Below, one piece after another: positions 18,033-27,549 of a stretch of DNA of 64,000 bases. Source of the DNA: an uncultured Candidatus Rokubacteria bacterium (lineage in GTDB: Bacteria; Methylomirabilota; Methylomirabilia; Rokubacteriales; DASRDR01); NCBI GenBank assembly GCA_963826115.1, contig CAWGVS010000006.1, forward strand, positions 928,001 to 992,000. The letters run 5' to 3'. The position numbers and the translations under genes are program-made. The notes below the pieces were generated by a model, which was not told the DNA's origin, made no database searches, and saw only the letters and a program-made list of their open reading frames with translations. Position 1 is the first letter of the stretch. The number at the start of each line of letters is the position of its first letter.

Positions 18033-19007
18033 ATGAAGGCTCTGGGAGCCACCGTGATGCTGCTGGGCCTCCTACTCGGGCCCGTTGCCGGAGAGGCTCA
18101 GCCGGCCCAGCATACCCCCCGCGTCGGGCTTCTCATCCGCGGCATGCCCGGGCCCGCCAACCTGGATGCGTTCATTCAGGGACTGAGAGAGCTCGGGTAC
18201 GTCGACGGACAGAACGTCATCGTCGAGTCCCGGTCTACCCAGGGCCAGGACGACCAGCTCCCCACGCTGGCTGCGGATCTGGTGAGCGCGCGTGTCGACG
18301 TCATCGTCGCCTGGGGTGGCGAAGCCATCAATGCCGCCCAGCGGGCCTCGCGCGAGATTCCCATCGTGATTGCCTACACCGGTGACCCCGTGAAGTCCGG
18401 CTGGGTGATGAGCCTCGCCCGTCCCGGCGGTCAGGTGACCGGCTTGTCGGCGAACGCTCACGAGACCGCGGCCAAGCGGCTCGAGCTCCTCAAGGAGATC
18501 GTGCCGGACGCACTGCGCGTCGGCGTCCTGTTCCAGCGGACCGATAAGGCGAGCGCCGAGCAGGTGAGCGGGCTGGAGCAAGCCGCGCGCACGCTGGGCG
18601 TGACCCTGCGTGCCTGGGACGTGGAGCGCGCACCCGAGGTGGGACCCGCGTTCGCCGCCATGGCGGATGTCGCCGTGAATGCGCTCGTGGTCGTGCACAA
18701 CGCCTTCATGCTCGGACAGCAACGGGAGATCCTCCGCCTCGCCGCGACCCGACGACTGCCGGCGATCTACCAGCTCCGGCAGTGGGTGGACGCCGGCGGT
18801 CTGCTGGCCTATGGGCCGAACCCGGCCGACATGTCACGACGCGCGGCGCGCTACGTCGACCGCATCCTCAAGGGCGCCAAACCGGCCGACCTGCCAGTGG
18901 AGCAGCCCACCAGGTTCGAGCTCATCGTCAACCTGAAGACGGCCAAGGCTCTGTCGCTCACGATTCCGCCGGCCGTGCTCGCGCGGGCCGACGAAGTGCT
19001 CAGGTAG
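18033..19007 (+). CDS. ABC transporter substrate-binding protein (ABC_sub_bind, Trp/Tyr-like), orphan
   Basis: GLRELGYVDGQNV, SLARPGGQVTG, KRLELLKE, VDRILKGAKPADLPVEQPTRFELIVNLKTAKAL. Confidence 0.9.
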   Translation: MKALGATVMLLGLLLGPVAGEAQPAQHTPRVGLLIRGMPGPANLDAFIQGLRELGYVDGQNVIVESRSTQGQDDQLPTLAADLVSARVDVIVAWGGEAINAAQRASREIPIVIAYTGDPVKSGWVMSLARPGGQVTGLSANAHETAAKRLELLKEIVPDALRVGVLFQRTDKASAEQVSGLEQAARTLGVTLRAWDVERAPEVGPAFAAMADVAVNALVVVHNAFMLGQQREILRLAATRRLPAIYQLRQWVDAGGLLAYGPNPADMSRRAARYVDRILKGAKPADLPVEQPTRFELIVNLKTAKALSLTIPPAVLARADEVLR

Positions 19008-19140
19008 TGTCCACGTCGAGGAGGGGGCCGCGGCGGACCTCGCGACGACGATGGTGCGCGGCGCGTGCCACGGCGCGCCTCGTCGCCCGGGACGATGCGG
19101 CGGACCTCGGTCGGATAGCATGGATGCGGGGGAGTCATTC

Positions 19141-20247
19141 ATGGACGCAGACGCGGTCGTGACGAGCGCTTCGGCCGGCGACGTGGACACGTTCTACCGG
19201 GAGCTCGAGCGGAACCACCTGGTGGCGCTGTGGAACGTCAACAAGAGCCTGCTCCCCAAGGAGCCGCGGAGCCGCTGCATCCCGCACCTCTGGCGGTGGG
19301 AGACCATGCTGCCGCTGGTCCGGCGCGGCGCGGAGGTGGCGCCGCTGAGCCGGGCCGCCGAGCGGCGCGTCCTTGGCTTCATCAATCCCGGGCTACCCGA
19401 TCGGTTCGGGGCGACCCACACGATCTGGGCGGGCTTCCAGTACGTGCTGCCCGGCGAGGTGGCGCCGGCGCACCGGCATTCCCCCGCGGCGATCCGGTTC
19501 GTCATCGAGGGCGAGGGCGCGTTCACCACGGTGGACGGCGACAAGTGCGTGATGGGGCGGGGGGACCTCGTGCTCACGCCCCCGTGGACCTGGCACGACC
19601 ACGGCAACGACAGCGACCGGCCGATGCTGTGGCTCGACGGACTCGACCTGCCGATGGTCGGGGAGCTGGAGGCCCAGTTCTACGAGCCCTTCGGGGAGGA
19701 AGCCCAGCCGATCGGCAAGCCGGTGGGGGACTCCGAGCGGCGCTACGGAATCGGCCAGCTCCGGCCGACGTGGGACACGTGGACGGCGTCGCACTCGCCG
19801 CTCCTCAACTACAAGTGGGACCGGACCGAGGAGGCGCTCCGGCGCCTCGCGTCCGTCGCCGGCCGCGCGAGCGCCCACGACGACGTGGCGATGGAGTACG
19901 TCAACCCGCGGACCGGCGGGCCCCTCATGCCGACGATGGCGTGCTGGATCCAGCTCCTGCGCTCCGGGGTCCGGACGACGGCGCGCCGGCAGACCGGCAG
20001 CGCGGTCTACTTCGTCTTCGACGGGCGCGGTCAGAGCGTCATCGATGGCCAGCGCTTCGAGTGGGGCAAGGGCGACCTCTTCGTCGTCCCGACGTGGGCC
20101 TGGCACGAGCACGCGAGCCTCGACGGCGAGGCGATCCTGTTCTCGGTGCGCGACACTCCGGTCATGCGGGCCCTGGGGCTCCACCGCGAGCAGAGCTACG
20201 CCGAGCACGGAGGCCACCAGCCGGTCACCCGCGTCTTCGAGGCGTAG
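19141..20247 (+). CDS. Gentisate/salicylate/1-hydroxy-2-naphthoate 1,2-dioxygenase-like bicupin
   Basis: AERRVLGFINPG, APAHRHSPAAIRF, WTWHDHGND, WLDGLDLP, EYVNPRTGG. SD GGGGAG. Confidence 0.9.
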   Translation: MDADAVVTSASAGDVDTFYRELERNHLVALWNVNKSLLPKEPRSRCIPHLWRWETMLPLVRRGAEVAPLSRAAERRVLGFINPGLPDRFGATHTIWAGFQYVLPGEVAPAHRHSPAAIRFVIEGEGAFTTVDGDKCVMGRGDLVLTPPWTWHDHGNDSDRPMLWLDGLDLPMVGELEAQFYEPFGEEAQPIGKPVGDSERRYGIGQLRPTWDTWTASHSPLLNYKWDRTEEALRRLASVAGRASAHDDVAMEYVNPRTGGPLMPTMACWIQLLRSGVRTTARRQTGSAVYFVFDGRGQSVIDGQRFEWGKGDLFVVPTWAWHEHASLDGEAILFSVRDTPVMRALGLHREQSYAEHGGHQPVTRVFEA

Positions 20248-20253
20248 CGGGCC

Positions 20254-21102
20254 GTGCGCCTCGTCGTCTTCGACGACAGCCGGGTCGGGCTCCTGCGGGA
20301 CGGCGCCGTCGTCGACGTCAGCGACCTGGTCGGGGCGGGCAGCGGCCGGTGGCCGCCCGTCTTCCTCCTCGGCGCGATCGCCGACTTCGACCGCCTCCGC
20401 CCGCGGCTCCTCGAGGCGCTCCGGGATCGGCCCGGCGTCCCGGCCGACCGCGTGCGGCTCCGCGCGCCGGTCGTCTTCCCGAGCAAGGTGATCGCGGCGC
20501 CGGTGAACTACCGGCTCCACATCGAGGAGATGCGGCCCCTGGTGAAGGGCGAGCTCCACGCGATCGAGCGCTACGGGCTGTTCCTGAAGGCCCCGTCGTC
20601 CATCGTGGGTCCGGACGCCACCGTCGAGCTGCCGTTCCCCGAGCGCCGGACGGACCATGAGGTGGAGCTCGGCGTGGTGATCGGCCGGACCGCTCGGAAC
20701 GTGGCCATGCGCGACGCCATGAGCCACGTCTTCGGGTACACCGGGGTCATGGACGTCACGGTGCGCGGCGACGAGGACCGCTCGACCCGGAAGTCCTTCG
20801 ACACGTTCACGCCGGTCGGTCCGGTCCTGGTGACGGCGGACGAGATCCCGGACCCCCACGCGCTCCAGCTCCAGCTCTGGGTCAACGGCGAGCGCCGCCA
20901 GAACGGCAACACCCGGGACATGATCTGGAACGTGCCGAAGCTCGTGGAGTATGCCTCCCACGTCATGACCCTCAATCCCGGCGACCTCCTGTCCACGGGG
21001 ACGCCGGACGGCGTGGGGCCGCTCAGACCCGGCGACGAGGTGACCATGGAGGTCGAGCGCGTCGGGCGCCTGTCGGTGCGAGTGGAGCTCCGGAAGCCCT
21101 GA
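20254..21102 (+). CDS. Fumarylacetoacetate hydrolase family protein
   Basis: PVNYRLH, FLKAPSS, DHEVELGVVIG, KSFDTFTPVGP, PGDLLSTGTPDGVG. Confidence 0.92.
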   Translation: MRLVVFDDSRVGLLRDGAVVDVSDLVGAGSGRWPPVFLLGAIADFDRLRPRLLEALRDRPGVPADRVRLRAPVVFPSKVIAAPVNYRLHIEEMRPLVKGELHAIERYGLFLKAPSSIVGPDATVELPFPERRTDHEVELGVVIGRTARNVAMRDAMSHVFGYTGVMDVTVRGDEDRSTRKSFDTFTPVGPVLVTADEIPDPHALQLQLWVNGERRQNGNTRDMIWNVPKLVEYASHVMTLNPGDLLSTGTPDGVGPLRPGDEVTMEVERVGRLSVRVELRKP

Positions 21103-21234
21103 TCGGCGCGGGGCCGGCGCCCGGGAACCATCCGCCGGCGTGTCGGGGTTTTCCCTAGTGCGGGCACGCCGCGGCCGGGTCCCGGCGGCGGCGCGCGGCC
21201 GCGTCCGACCCTCCACGGCGTACGGAGGACCCTC

Positions 21235-21723
21235 ATGCGAACCGTCGTGTCCATCGTTTCGATCGTGACCGGGCTGATGCTCGCCCTGACCGGGTCGAGC
21301 CTGGCGCAGGCCCCGCCGGCGTACGGACCGGCCATCACACTCGAGCAGGCGCTGAAGGTCGTCGCCGGCGCGGAGGCCGAGGCCCGGAAGAACAACTGGC
21401 CGATGGCGATCGCGGTGCTGGACTCGAGCGGCTACCTGGTCGCCCTTCACCGCCTCGACAACACGCAGTTCGGGAGCATCGAGGTGGCCCGACAGAAGGC
21501 GTGGAGCGCGGTCGCCTACCGGCGCCCGACCAAGGTGTTCCAGGACGCGGTCGCGGGCGGGGGAGCCGGCCTGCGCACGCTGGCGCTCGAGGGAGCCGTG
21601 CCGATCGAGGGCGGACTGCCCATCCTGGTCGATGGGAAGGTCGTGGGGTCCATCGGAATCTCGGGAGGCACCGGCGAGCAGGACGGGCAGGTCGCCGCGG
21701 CGGGAGTCGCCGCGCTCAAGTAG
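21235..21723 (+). CDS. Secreted heme-binding protein, GlcG/HbpS family
   Basis: Signal peptide; AIAVLDSSG, ARQKAWSA, GGLPILVDGKVVGSIGISG, EQD. Confidence 0.88.
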   Translation: MRTVVSIVSIVTGLMLALTGSSLAQAPPAYGPAITLEQALKVVAGAEAEARKNNWPMAIAVLDSSGYLVALHRLDNTQFGSIEVARQKAWSAVAYRRPTKVFQDAVAGGGAGLRTLALEGAVPIEGGLPILVDGKVVGSIGISGGTGEQDGQVAAAGVAALK

Positions 21724-21798
21724 GCTAGCGGGAGCGGGCGCCGGCTCGACCGGCGCCCGCCTCGGGTTGGAGAACGGCCGGCAGGAGGGAGGCGTGCG

Positions 21799-22383
21799 GT
21801 GAGGAAGCGCCTTGTCGAAGCGTCCCTCCTGTCGTCCTGTCTCGGGCTCGGCCTGCTCCTCGCGGTCGGGCGGCCGGCCGCGCCCGCGGACGGATCGCCG
21901 TGGGACGCGCTCCGCACGCCCGGCGCGGTGGTCGTGTTGCGGCACAGCTACGCGCCCGGCGGGTTCGATCCGCCCGGGGCGCGCCTCGACGACTGCGCCA
22001 CCCAGCGGAACCTCGACGACAACGGGCGGGCGCAGGCCCGGCGGATCGGCGCCGCGTTCCGGGAGCGCGGCATCACGCCCGGCGCGGTCCTGTCGAGCCC
22101 CCGCTGCCGGTGCCTGGACACCGCGCGCCTCGCGTTCGGGAAGGTCGAGGCGTGGGAGCCGCTCCAGGGGGCGCTCGACGACGCTGCCCGTCGCAAGCAC
22201 CAGGTGGCCGAGATCCAGCAGCGGGTCGCGACCCACCGCGCCGGTCCGCCGCTCGTGCTCGTCACCCACGGGAGCGTCGTCACGGACCTGACCGGGCGGA
22301 ACATCCGGATGGGCGAGCTCGTGGTCCTGACGCCCGCGACCGCGGGCGGCCACGCGGTCGCGGCCCAGCTCTACGTCGACTGA
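21799..22383 (+). CDS. Exported histidine phosphatase family protein
   Basis: Signal peptide; LRHSYAPG, CATQRNLDDNG, SSPRCRCLDTA, LVTH. Confidence 0.85.
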   Translation: MRKRLVEASLLSSCLGLGLLLAVGRPAAPADGSPWDALRTPGAVVVLRHSYAPGGFDPPGARLDDCATQRNLDDNGRAQARRIGAAFRERGITPGAVLSSPRCRCLDTARLAFGKVEAWEPLQGALDDAARRKHQVAEIQQRVATHRAGPPLVLVTHGSVVTDLTGRNIRMGELVVLTPATAGGHAVAAQLYVD

Positions 22384-23741
22384 CGGGCGGCCCGCCCATC
22401 CTGCCGGCGATCCTCGCCCAGGCCTGGCCGATCCTCCTCGGCCAGTTCGCCGCCGTCGCGTACAGCGTCATCGACACGATGATGACGGGCCATGCCTCGC
22501 CCGCCGACCTGGCCGCGATGGGGCTCGGCGCGAGCGTCTACTCGAGCGTGTTTCTCGCGCTGACCGGCGTGGTCAGCGCGCTGAACCCGATCATCGCGCA
22601 CCACTACGGCGCGCGGCGCTGGGACGCGATCGGCCCGAGTTACGTCCAGGGCCTGTGGCTCGCGCTCCTCCTCTCGCTGGTCGGGATGCCGGTGCTCGCC
22701 TTTCCCGGACCTTGGCTCGCGCGCCTGGGGGCCGATCCGGCCGTGGAGGCGCTCGCCACGCAGTACCTGCGCCTTCTGAGCCTCGGGCTCCCGGCCGCGC
22801 TGATGTTCCGCGCCACCTATGCGCTCAACGTCGCGATCTCACGGCCGAAGGTGATCATGGCGATCCAGGTCGCCGGACTGGTCCTGAAGGTCGCGCTGAA
22901 CGACGTCCTCATCTTCGGGCACTTCGGCCTGCCCAGGCTCGGGGCGGTCGGGTGCGGTCTGGCGTCCTTCATCGTCTACTGGGTGCTGTGCCTGATGGCC
23001 TTCGGGTACATGCACTACGACGAGCGATACCGCCGCTACGCCATCGGACGCGCGGCCCCGCGCGGGCCGGCGCTCGCGGAGCATCTCCGGCTCGGTGTCC
23101 CGATCGGGCTCGCGTACGCGCTCGAGACGACCTCCTTCACGTTCATGTCCCTGCTGGTCGCGCGCCTCGGGACCGGCGTGCAGGGAGGCCACCAGATCAT
23201 CGCCAACCTGGCGGGCATCGCCTACCAGATCCCGCTCGCCCTGTCGGTTGCCACCGCGACCCTGACGGCGCAGGCGATCGGGGGCGGCGACTCGCGGCGG
23301 GCCCGGCGCGCCGCCTTCACCGGGATCCGCGCGGCGGTGGGGGCCGCGGTCGTCACCGCGGCGGCGTTCTGGACGTTCCGGCGGGGGATCCTCTCGCTCT
23401 ACACGACGGACACCGCCGTCACGGCGGTGGCGCTGTCTCTGATCGGCTACATGGTTGCGTTCCACGTCTTCGATGCGTTCCAGAGCACCGTCAACTTCGT
23501 CCTGCGCGCGTACCGCGTCGTGGTCGCGCCGATGCTCGTCTACGCCGTCGCGCTGTGGAGTCTCGGCCTGGGCGGCGGGTACGTCCTCGCGTTCCACGGC
23601 GGGTTCGGCGAGCCGCGGGGGGTCGCGGGGATGTGGCTCATGCAGGCGATCGCGCTCGGCCTGACGGCGGCGCTCCTGCTCGGTCTGTACCTCTGGGTGC
23701 TCCGGCAGGAGGGGCCGGCTGCGGGGCCGACTTCGGGCTGA
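22380..23741 (+). CDS. MATE family efflux transporter (NorM-like)
   Basis: AWPILLGQ...IDTMMTGH, LIFGHFGLPRLGAVGCG, LGVPIG, FDAFQ; about 12 TM. There is no canonical start before TM1; CTG 22380 overlaps the upstream TGA. Confidence 0.85.
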   Translation: MTGGPPILPAILAQAWPILLGQFAAVAYSVIDTMMTGHASPADLAAMGLGASVYSSVFLALTGVVSALNPIIAHHYGARRWDAIGPSYVQGLWLALLLSLVGMPVLAFPGPWLARLGADPAVEALATQYLRLLSLGLPAALMFRATYALNVAISRPKVIMAIQVAGLVLKVALNDVLIFGHFGLPRLGAVGCGLASFIVYWVLCLMAFGYMHYDERYRRYAIGRAAPRGPALAEHLRLGVPIGLAYALETTSFTFMSLLVARLGTGVQGGHQIIANLAGIAYQIPLALSVATATLTAQAIGGGDSRRARRAAFTGIRAAVGAAVVTAAAFWTFRRGILSLYTTDTAVTAVALSLIGYMVAFHVFDAFQSTVNFVLRAYRVVVAPMLVYAVALWSLGLGGGYVLAFHGGFGEPRGVAGMWLMQAIALGLTAALLLGLYLWVLRQEGPAAGPTSG

Positions 23742-23750
23742 GGGCCGCGC

Positions 23751-25874
23751 TCAGGAAGCCGGGCGATCGCCGGGCCCGGCCAGTGTTCCCCGGGCATCGA
23801 CGGCGACCACCCCCGAGGGCGTCGCCACCAGGGGATTGAGCTCCACTTCGAGGAGATCGGGCCAGTCCGCGGCGAGGCGCGCGAAGCGGGCGATCGCGCC
23901 CGTGAGGGCCGCCCGGTCCACCGGCGGCTCGCCCCGCGTTCCCCGGAGGAGGGCGGCCATCTGGAGCTCGTCCAGCATGCGGTCCGCCTCGGCGGGCGTG
24001 ATGGGCGCCAGACGCGTCGCCGTGTCCCGCAACACCTCCACGTAGACACCGCCGAAGCCGACCATCACCAACGGCCCGAACTGCGGATCGCGCACCGCGC
24101 CGAGCAGCAGCTCCTTGCCCGGGACCGCCATCGGCTGGACGAGGAAGCCCTCGATGGCCGCGTCCGGCCGCCGCGCTCGCACGCTGGCGAGCATGGCCGC
24201 TGCGCTCCGCGCGACGTCCGCCGGCCCGGCCAGGCCGAGCGCGACGCCACCGACGTCGGTCTTGTGGCTGATGTCGGGGGACAGGATCTTCAGCGCCACC
24301 GGCCCACCGAGCCCGGCCGCCACCGCCGCGGCCTCATCGGCGCTCCGGGCGACCCGCGGCATCAGGAGCGGAATGTCGTACGCGCCGAGGAGCGGCGCGA
24401 GGTCGAGAAGACCGAGCTGCTGGACGCCCGTGGCCCGCAGCCGCTCGAGCGCCGCGAGTGCGGCCGGCGGCGGCGCGGGGGTCGCGGCGCGCTCGGCGCG
24501 GCCGCGCTCGGCGACCCGGGCCATCCCGGCGATCGCCGCGACCGCGGGCTCCGGGAACGGGTAGCAGGGCACGCCTCCGTCCTCGAGGACCCGCACGCCC
24601 GGCGCGACCCGGTCGCCGCCCACCAGGGCGGCCACGATAGGGCGCGCCCAGTCGCGGGTGGCGCCGAGGACCGCCCGGGCGACGCCGACGGCGTCGGTCG
24701 TCGCCTGCGCCGTCATGATGACCAGCGCGGCGTCCACGCCGGCCCCGGGACCGACGGCGAGGAGCGCGTTCGCGTAGCGGGCGGCGTCGGCGTCGCCCAC
24801 GAGGTCAATGGGGTTTCCGAGGCTCGCGGTGGGTGGCAGGACAGCCTGGAGCCGCATCTTCAGGGCGGCGTCGACGGCAGCCAGCTGGAGGCCGGCGTCG
24901 CGCGCGGCGTCGGCGGCGATCACCCCGAGGCCGCCGCCGTTGGTAACGACCAGGAGTCGACGCCCGCCGGGGAGAGGCTGAGTGACGAGGCAACGCGCCA
25001 GGTCGAACAGCTCTTCGACGCTCCGCGCGCGCACGGCGCCCGCCTGACGGACGGCGGCGTCGAACGCGGCATCCGAGCCCGCGAGGGCGCCGGTGTGGGA
25101 GGAGATGGCCCGCCCGCCCTCGGGCGTGCGTCCGGCCTTCAGGATGACCACCGGCTTCTGGGCGGCCGTCGCCCCGAGCGCCTCGAAGAAGCGCCGGCCG
25201 TCGGCCAGGCCCTCCAGGTACGCGACGACCACCCGCGTCTCGGGGTCGTCGGCGGCGGCCTCGAGGAACTCCGACTCGGTCAGGTCGGCCTGGTTCCCGA
25301 GGGTGGCGAAGAAGGAGAAGCCAAGCCGCCGGGCGCGCGCCCAGTCGAGGATCGCGGTGGCGAGCGCGCCCGAGTGCGAGATGAAGGCGATGCCGCCGGC
25401 GGGCGGCATCCCGGGCGCGAACGTCGCGTTCAGCCGGCGCGACGGACGGATCCAGCCGAGGCAGTTCGGGCCGAGGAGGCGGATGGGCGCCGTCCGGAGC
25501 CACGCCCGGAGCTCGGCCTCGCGCGCGGGCCCGGGGTCGCCCGTCTCGCGGAATCCGGCCGAGATCACCACCGCGCCCGAGATGCCCTTGGCGACGCAGT
25601 CCCGGAGCGTCGCCAGCACCGCGGGCGCCGGCACCGTGATCACGGCGAGGTCGACGGGCGAGTCGATGTCGAGCAGGGATGCGACCGCCGGCAGGCCCTG
25701 GACCGTGCCCGCCCGTGCGTTCACGGGCCACACGCGACCCGGGAAGCCCGCCGCGCGCAGGTTGGCGATGACGCTACCGCCGACCTTGGCGGGATCGCGC
25801 GAGGCGCCCACGACGGCGACGGCGCGCGGGTCGAAGAACGCGGCGAGGTTCCCGGGCGCTCGGGCGACGCTCAT
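23751..25874 (-). CDS. Acetate/acyl-CoA ligase (ADP-forming), fused alpha-beta
   Basis: AVVGASRDPAKVG, ISAGFRE, LGPNCLG, SHTGALAG (phospho-His), NPIDLVGDA, HKTDVGGV, DPQFGPLVMVGFGG, ELNPL. No GNAT domain. Confidence 0.92.
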   Translation of the reverse strand: MSVARAPGNLAAFFDPRAVAVVGASRDPAKVGGSVIANLRAAGFPGRVWPVNARAGTVQGLPAVASLLDIDSPVDLAVITVPAPAVLATLRDCVAKGISGAVVISAGFRETGDPGPAREAELRAWLRTAPIRLLGPNCLGWIRPSRRLNATFAPGMPPAGGIAFISHSGALATAILDWARARRLGFSFFATLGNQADLTESEFLEAAADDPETRVVVAYLEGLADGRRFFEALGATAAQKPVVILKAGRTPEGGRAISSHTGALAGSDAAFDAAVRQAGAVRARSVEELFDLARCLVTQPLPGGRRLLVVTNGGGLGVIAADAARDAGLQLAAVDAALKMRLQAVLPPTASLGNPIDLVGDADAARYANALLAVGPGAGVDAALVIMTAQATTDAVGVARAVLGATRDWARPIVAALVGGDRVAPGVRVLEDGGVPCYPFPEPAVAAIAGMARVAERGRAERAATPAPPPAALAALERLRATGVQQLGLLDLAPLLGAYDIPLLMPRVARSADEAAAVAAGLGGPVALKILSPDISHKTDVGGVALGLAGPADVARSAAAMLASVRARRPDAAIEGFLVQPMAVPGKELLLGAVRDPQFGPLVMVGFGGVYVEVLRDTATRLAPITPAEADRMLDELQMAALLRGTRGEPPVDRAALTGAIARFARLAADWPDLLEVELNPLVATPSGVVAVDARGTLAGPGDRPAS

Positions 25875-25896
25875 CCTCCGCGCGCCCCGGGTGCCC

Positions 25897-27549
25897 TCAC
25901 CAGACCCGGAAGCCCGGCACGTTGAGCGGGGTCGTGACGATCAGGTGCGCGAGCGACGGCCCGTAGGCGATGAGGATCAGCACCGCCGCCACCGCGAGCC
26001 AGGGCCGCCAGCGATCGAGGACGGCCGGCGCGTGATCGGGGCCGGAGAGCGCCTCCGCGAAGGGCGGGATCTCCGGCGCCGGCCCCCGGGACCAGGCCAG
26101 CGTCCCGACGATGTTGAGGAAGTAGAGGAGGGCGCTCAGGAACAGCCCGGTGCCGCCGATCCCGACCCACATGAGGTCCGAGTGCCACTCGGGGCGGACG
26201 TACGGGGCCGCGCTCAGCATCGTGCGCCGCGGCGCGCCGGCCAGCCCGAGGCTGTGCTGAGCGTGCGAGAAGACCGCCATCGCCACGAACCAGAGCCACG
26301 CCTGGACCAGCGCCAGGCGGCGGCTCCAGAGCGCGCGGCCCCGGAGCACGGGGACCAGCCAGTAGGTGATGCCCATGAACGAGAGGGTGACGGCCGTGCC
26401 CACCGTCAGGTGCAGGTGGCCGGGGATCCAGGCGGTGTTGTGCACGACCAGGTTCAGATTGTAGGACGCGTTGATCAGCCCGCCCACCCCGCCGAAGACG
26501 AACAGGAGCATGGCCAGGACCTGCGCCGCGACCGACGGGTCGCCCCACGGCAGTTTGCCGAACCACGCGACCCAGCCCCGCCCGCCGCGAGCCCGCGCGC
26601 CGCTCTCCAGCGACGCGACCACGTTGAAGAAGGTGAGGAGGCTCGGAAAGAACACCGCGAAGGTGAGGAACGCGTGGACGAGCTTCCAGAGGTGATGGAT
26701 CCCGGGATCGGCGTACTGGTGGTGGAAGCCGAGGGGCGTGGAGAGGACCAGGAACAGGATGAACGAGGTGCGAGCCAGCGGGTCGCTGAAGAGCTTGCCG
26801 CCCGCCTGGCGCGGCACCAGCGTGTACCACGACATGTACGCCGGCAGGAGCCAGAAGTAGACGATGGGATGGCCCGTGAACCAGAAGAGCGCCCGCGCGA
26901 GGAGGGGATCGGTGCCGCTGACGAGGCCGAGGGACCACGGGATCAGCATGAACAGCATCTCGGAGGCGATCCCGATGGACGCGATCGACCACATCGCGAA
27001 CGTCACCATCGCCATGAAGGCCGCCAGCGGGGTGCGCTCGCCGGGGTGCCCGGCCCGCCAGGCTCGCAGCGTGAGGGCCAGGTTCAGCGTGACGAGCCAC
27101 GTGCCGGCGACGACCACGGTCAGCCCGACGTAGAAGGCCCAGTGCGCCTTGAGCGGCGGGTAGAAGGTGAACATGACGGTTGCCGCGTTGCCGAGGAGCG
27201 GGATCGCCGCGAGGACGAGCCCGGCCGACATCAGCCAGAAGGTGCCCCAGGCGAGGGGACCGCTCCAGAGTGGGCGCCCGAGCGCCCGCGCGGCCAGGAG
27301 CGGGACGAAGCCGCAGATGAAGAACGTCGTGAAGACGAGGACGTTCAGGACGCCGTGCAGCGTGAGCCCGTGGTAGTAGGAGCGGATCACGGGAGACAGC
27401 GCCGGATAGAGGTTCAGGCCCGCGTGCTCCAGCGCCTGGAAGAGGCCCACCGTCACGCCGACGAAGAGCGCCGAGAGGGCCACGCCCAGGTTCGCGCCGG
27501 CAACGCGGCGCTCCACCGACAGGGCAACGGTCGGCTCGGCGGGGGTCAT
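25897..27549 (-). CDS. cbaA: ba3-type (B-family) heme-copper oxygen reductase subunit I
   Basis: LTLHGVLN, FWFTGHPIVYFWLLPAY (His-Tyr), GFHHQY, PSLLTFF, VHNTAWIPGHLHLTVG. Confidence 0.93.
   Translation of the reverse strand: MTPAEPTVALSVERRVAGANLGVALSALFVGVTVGLFQALEHAGLNLYPALSPVIRSYYHGLTLHGVLNVLVFTTFFICGFVPLLAARALGRPLWSGPLAWGTFWLMSAGLVLAAIPLLGNAATVMFTFYPPLKAHWAFYVGLTVVVAGTWLVTLNLALTLRAWRAGHPGERTPLAAFMAMVTFAMWSIASIGIASEMLFMLIPWSLGLVSGTDPLLARALFWFTGHPIVYFWLLPAYMSWYTLVPRQAGGKLFSDPLARTSFILFLVLSTPLGFHHQYADPGIHHLWKLVHAFLTFAVFFPSLLTFFNVVASLESGARARGGRGWVAWFGKLPWGDPSVAAQVLAMLLFVFGGVGGLINASYNLNLVVHNTAWIPGHLHLTVGTAVTLSFMGITYWLVPVLRGRALWSRRLALVQAWLWFVAMAVFSHAQHSLGLAGAPRRTMLSAAPYVRPEWHSDLMWVGIGGTGLFLSALLYFLNIVGTLAWSRGPAPEIPPFAEALSGPDHAPAVLDRWRPWLAVAAVLILIAYGPSLAHLIVTTPLNVPGFRVW

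Noticed and set aside
25897-27549. Possible B-family-derived nitric oxide reductase (FNT channel nearby)
   Set aside because: The cross-linking Tyr (HPIVY), all six His ligands and K-channel-type residues (PAYMSWY, PSLLT) are retained, consistent with an O2 reductase.
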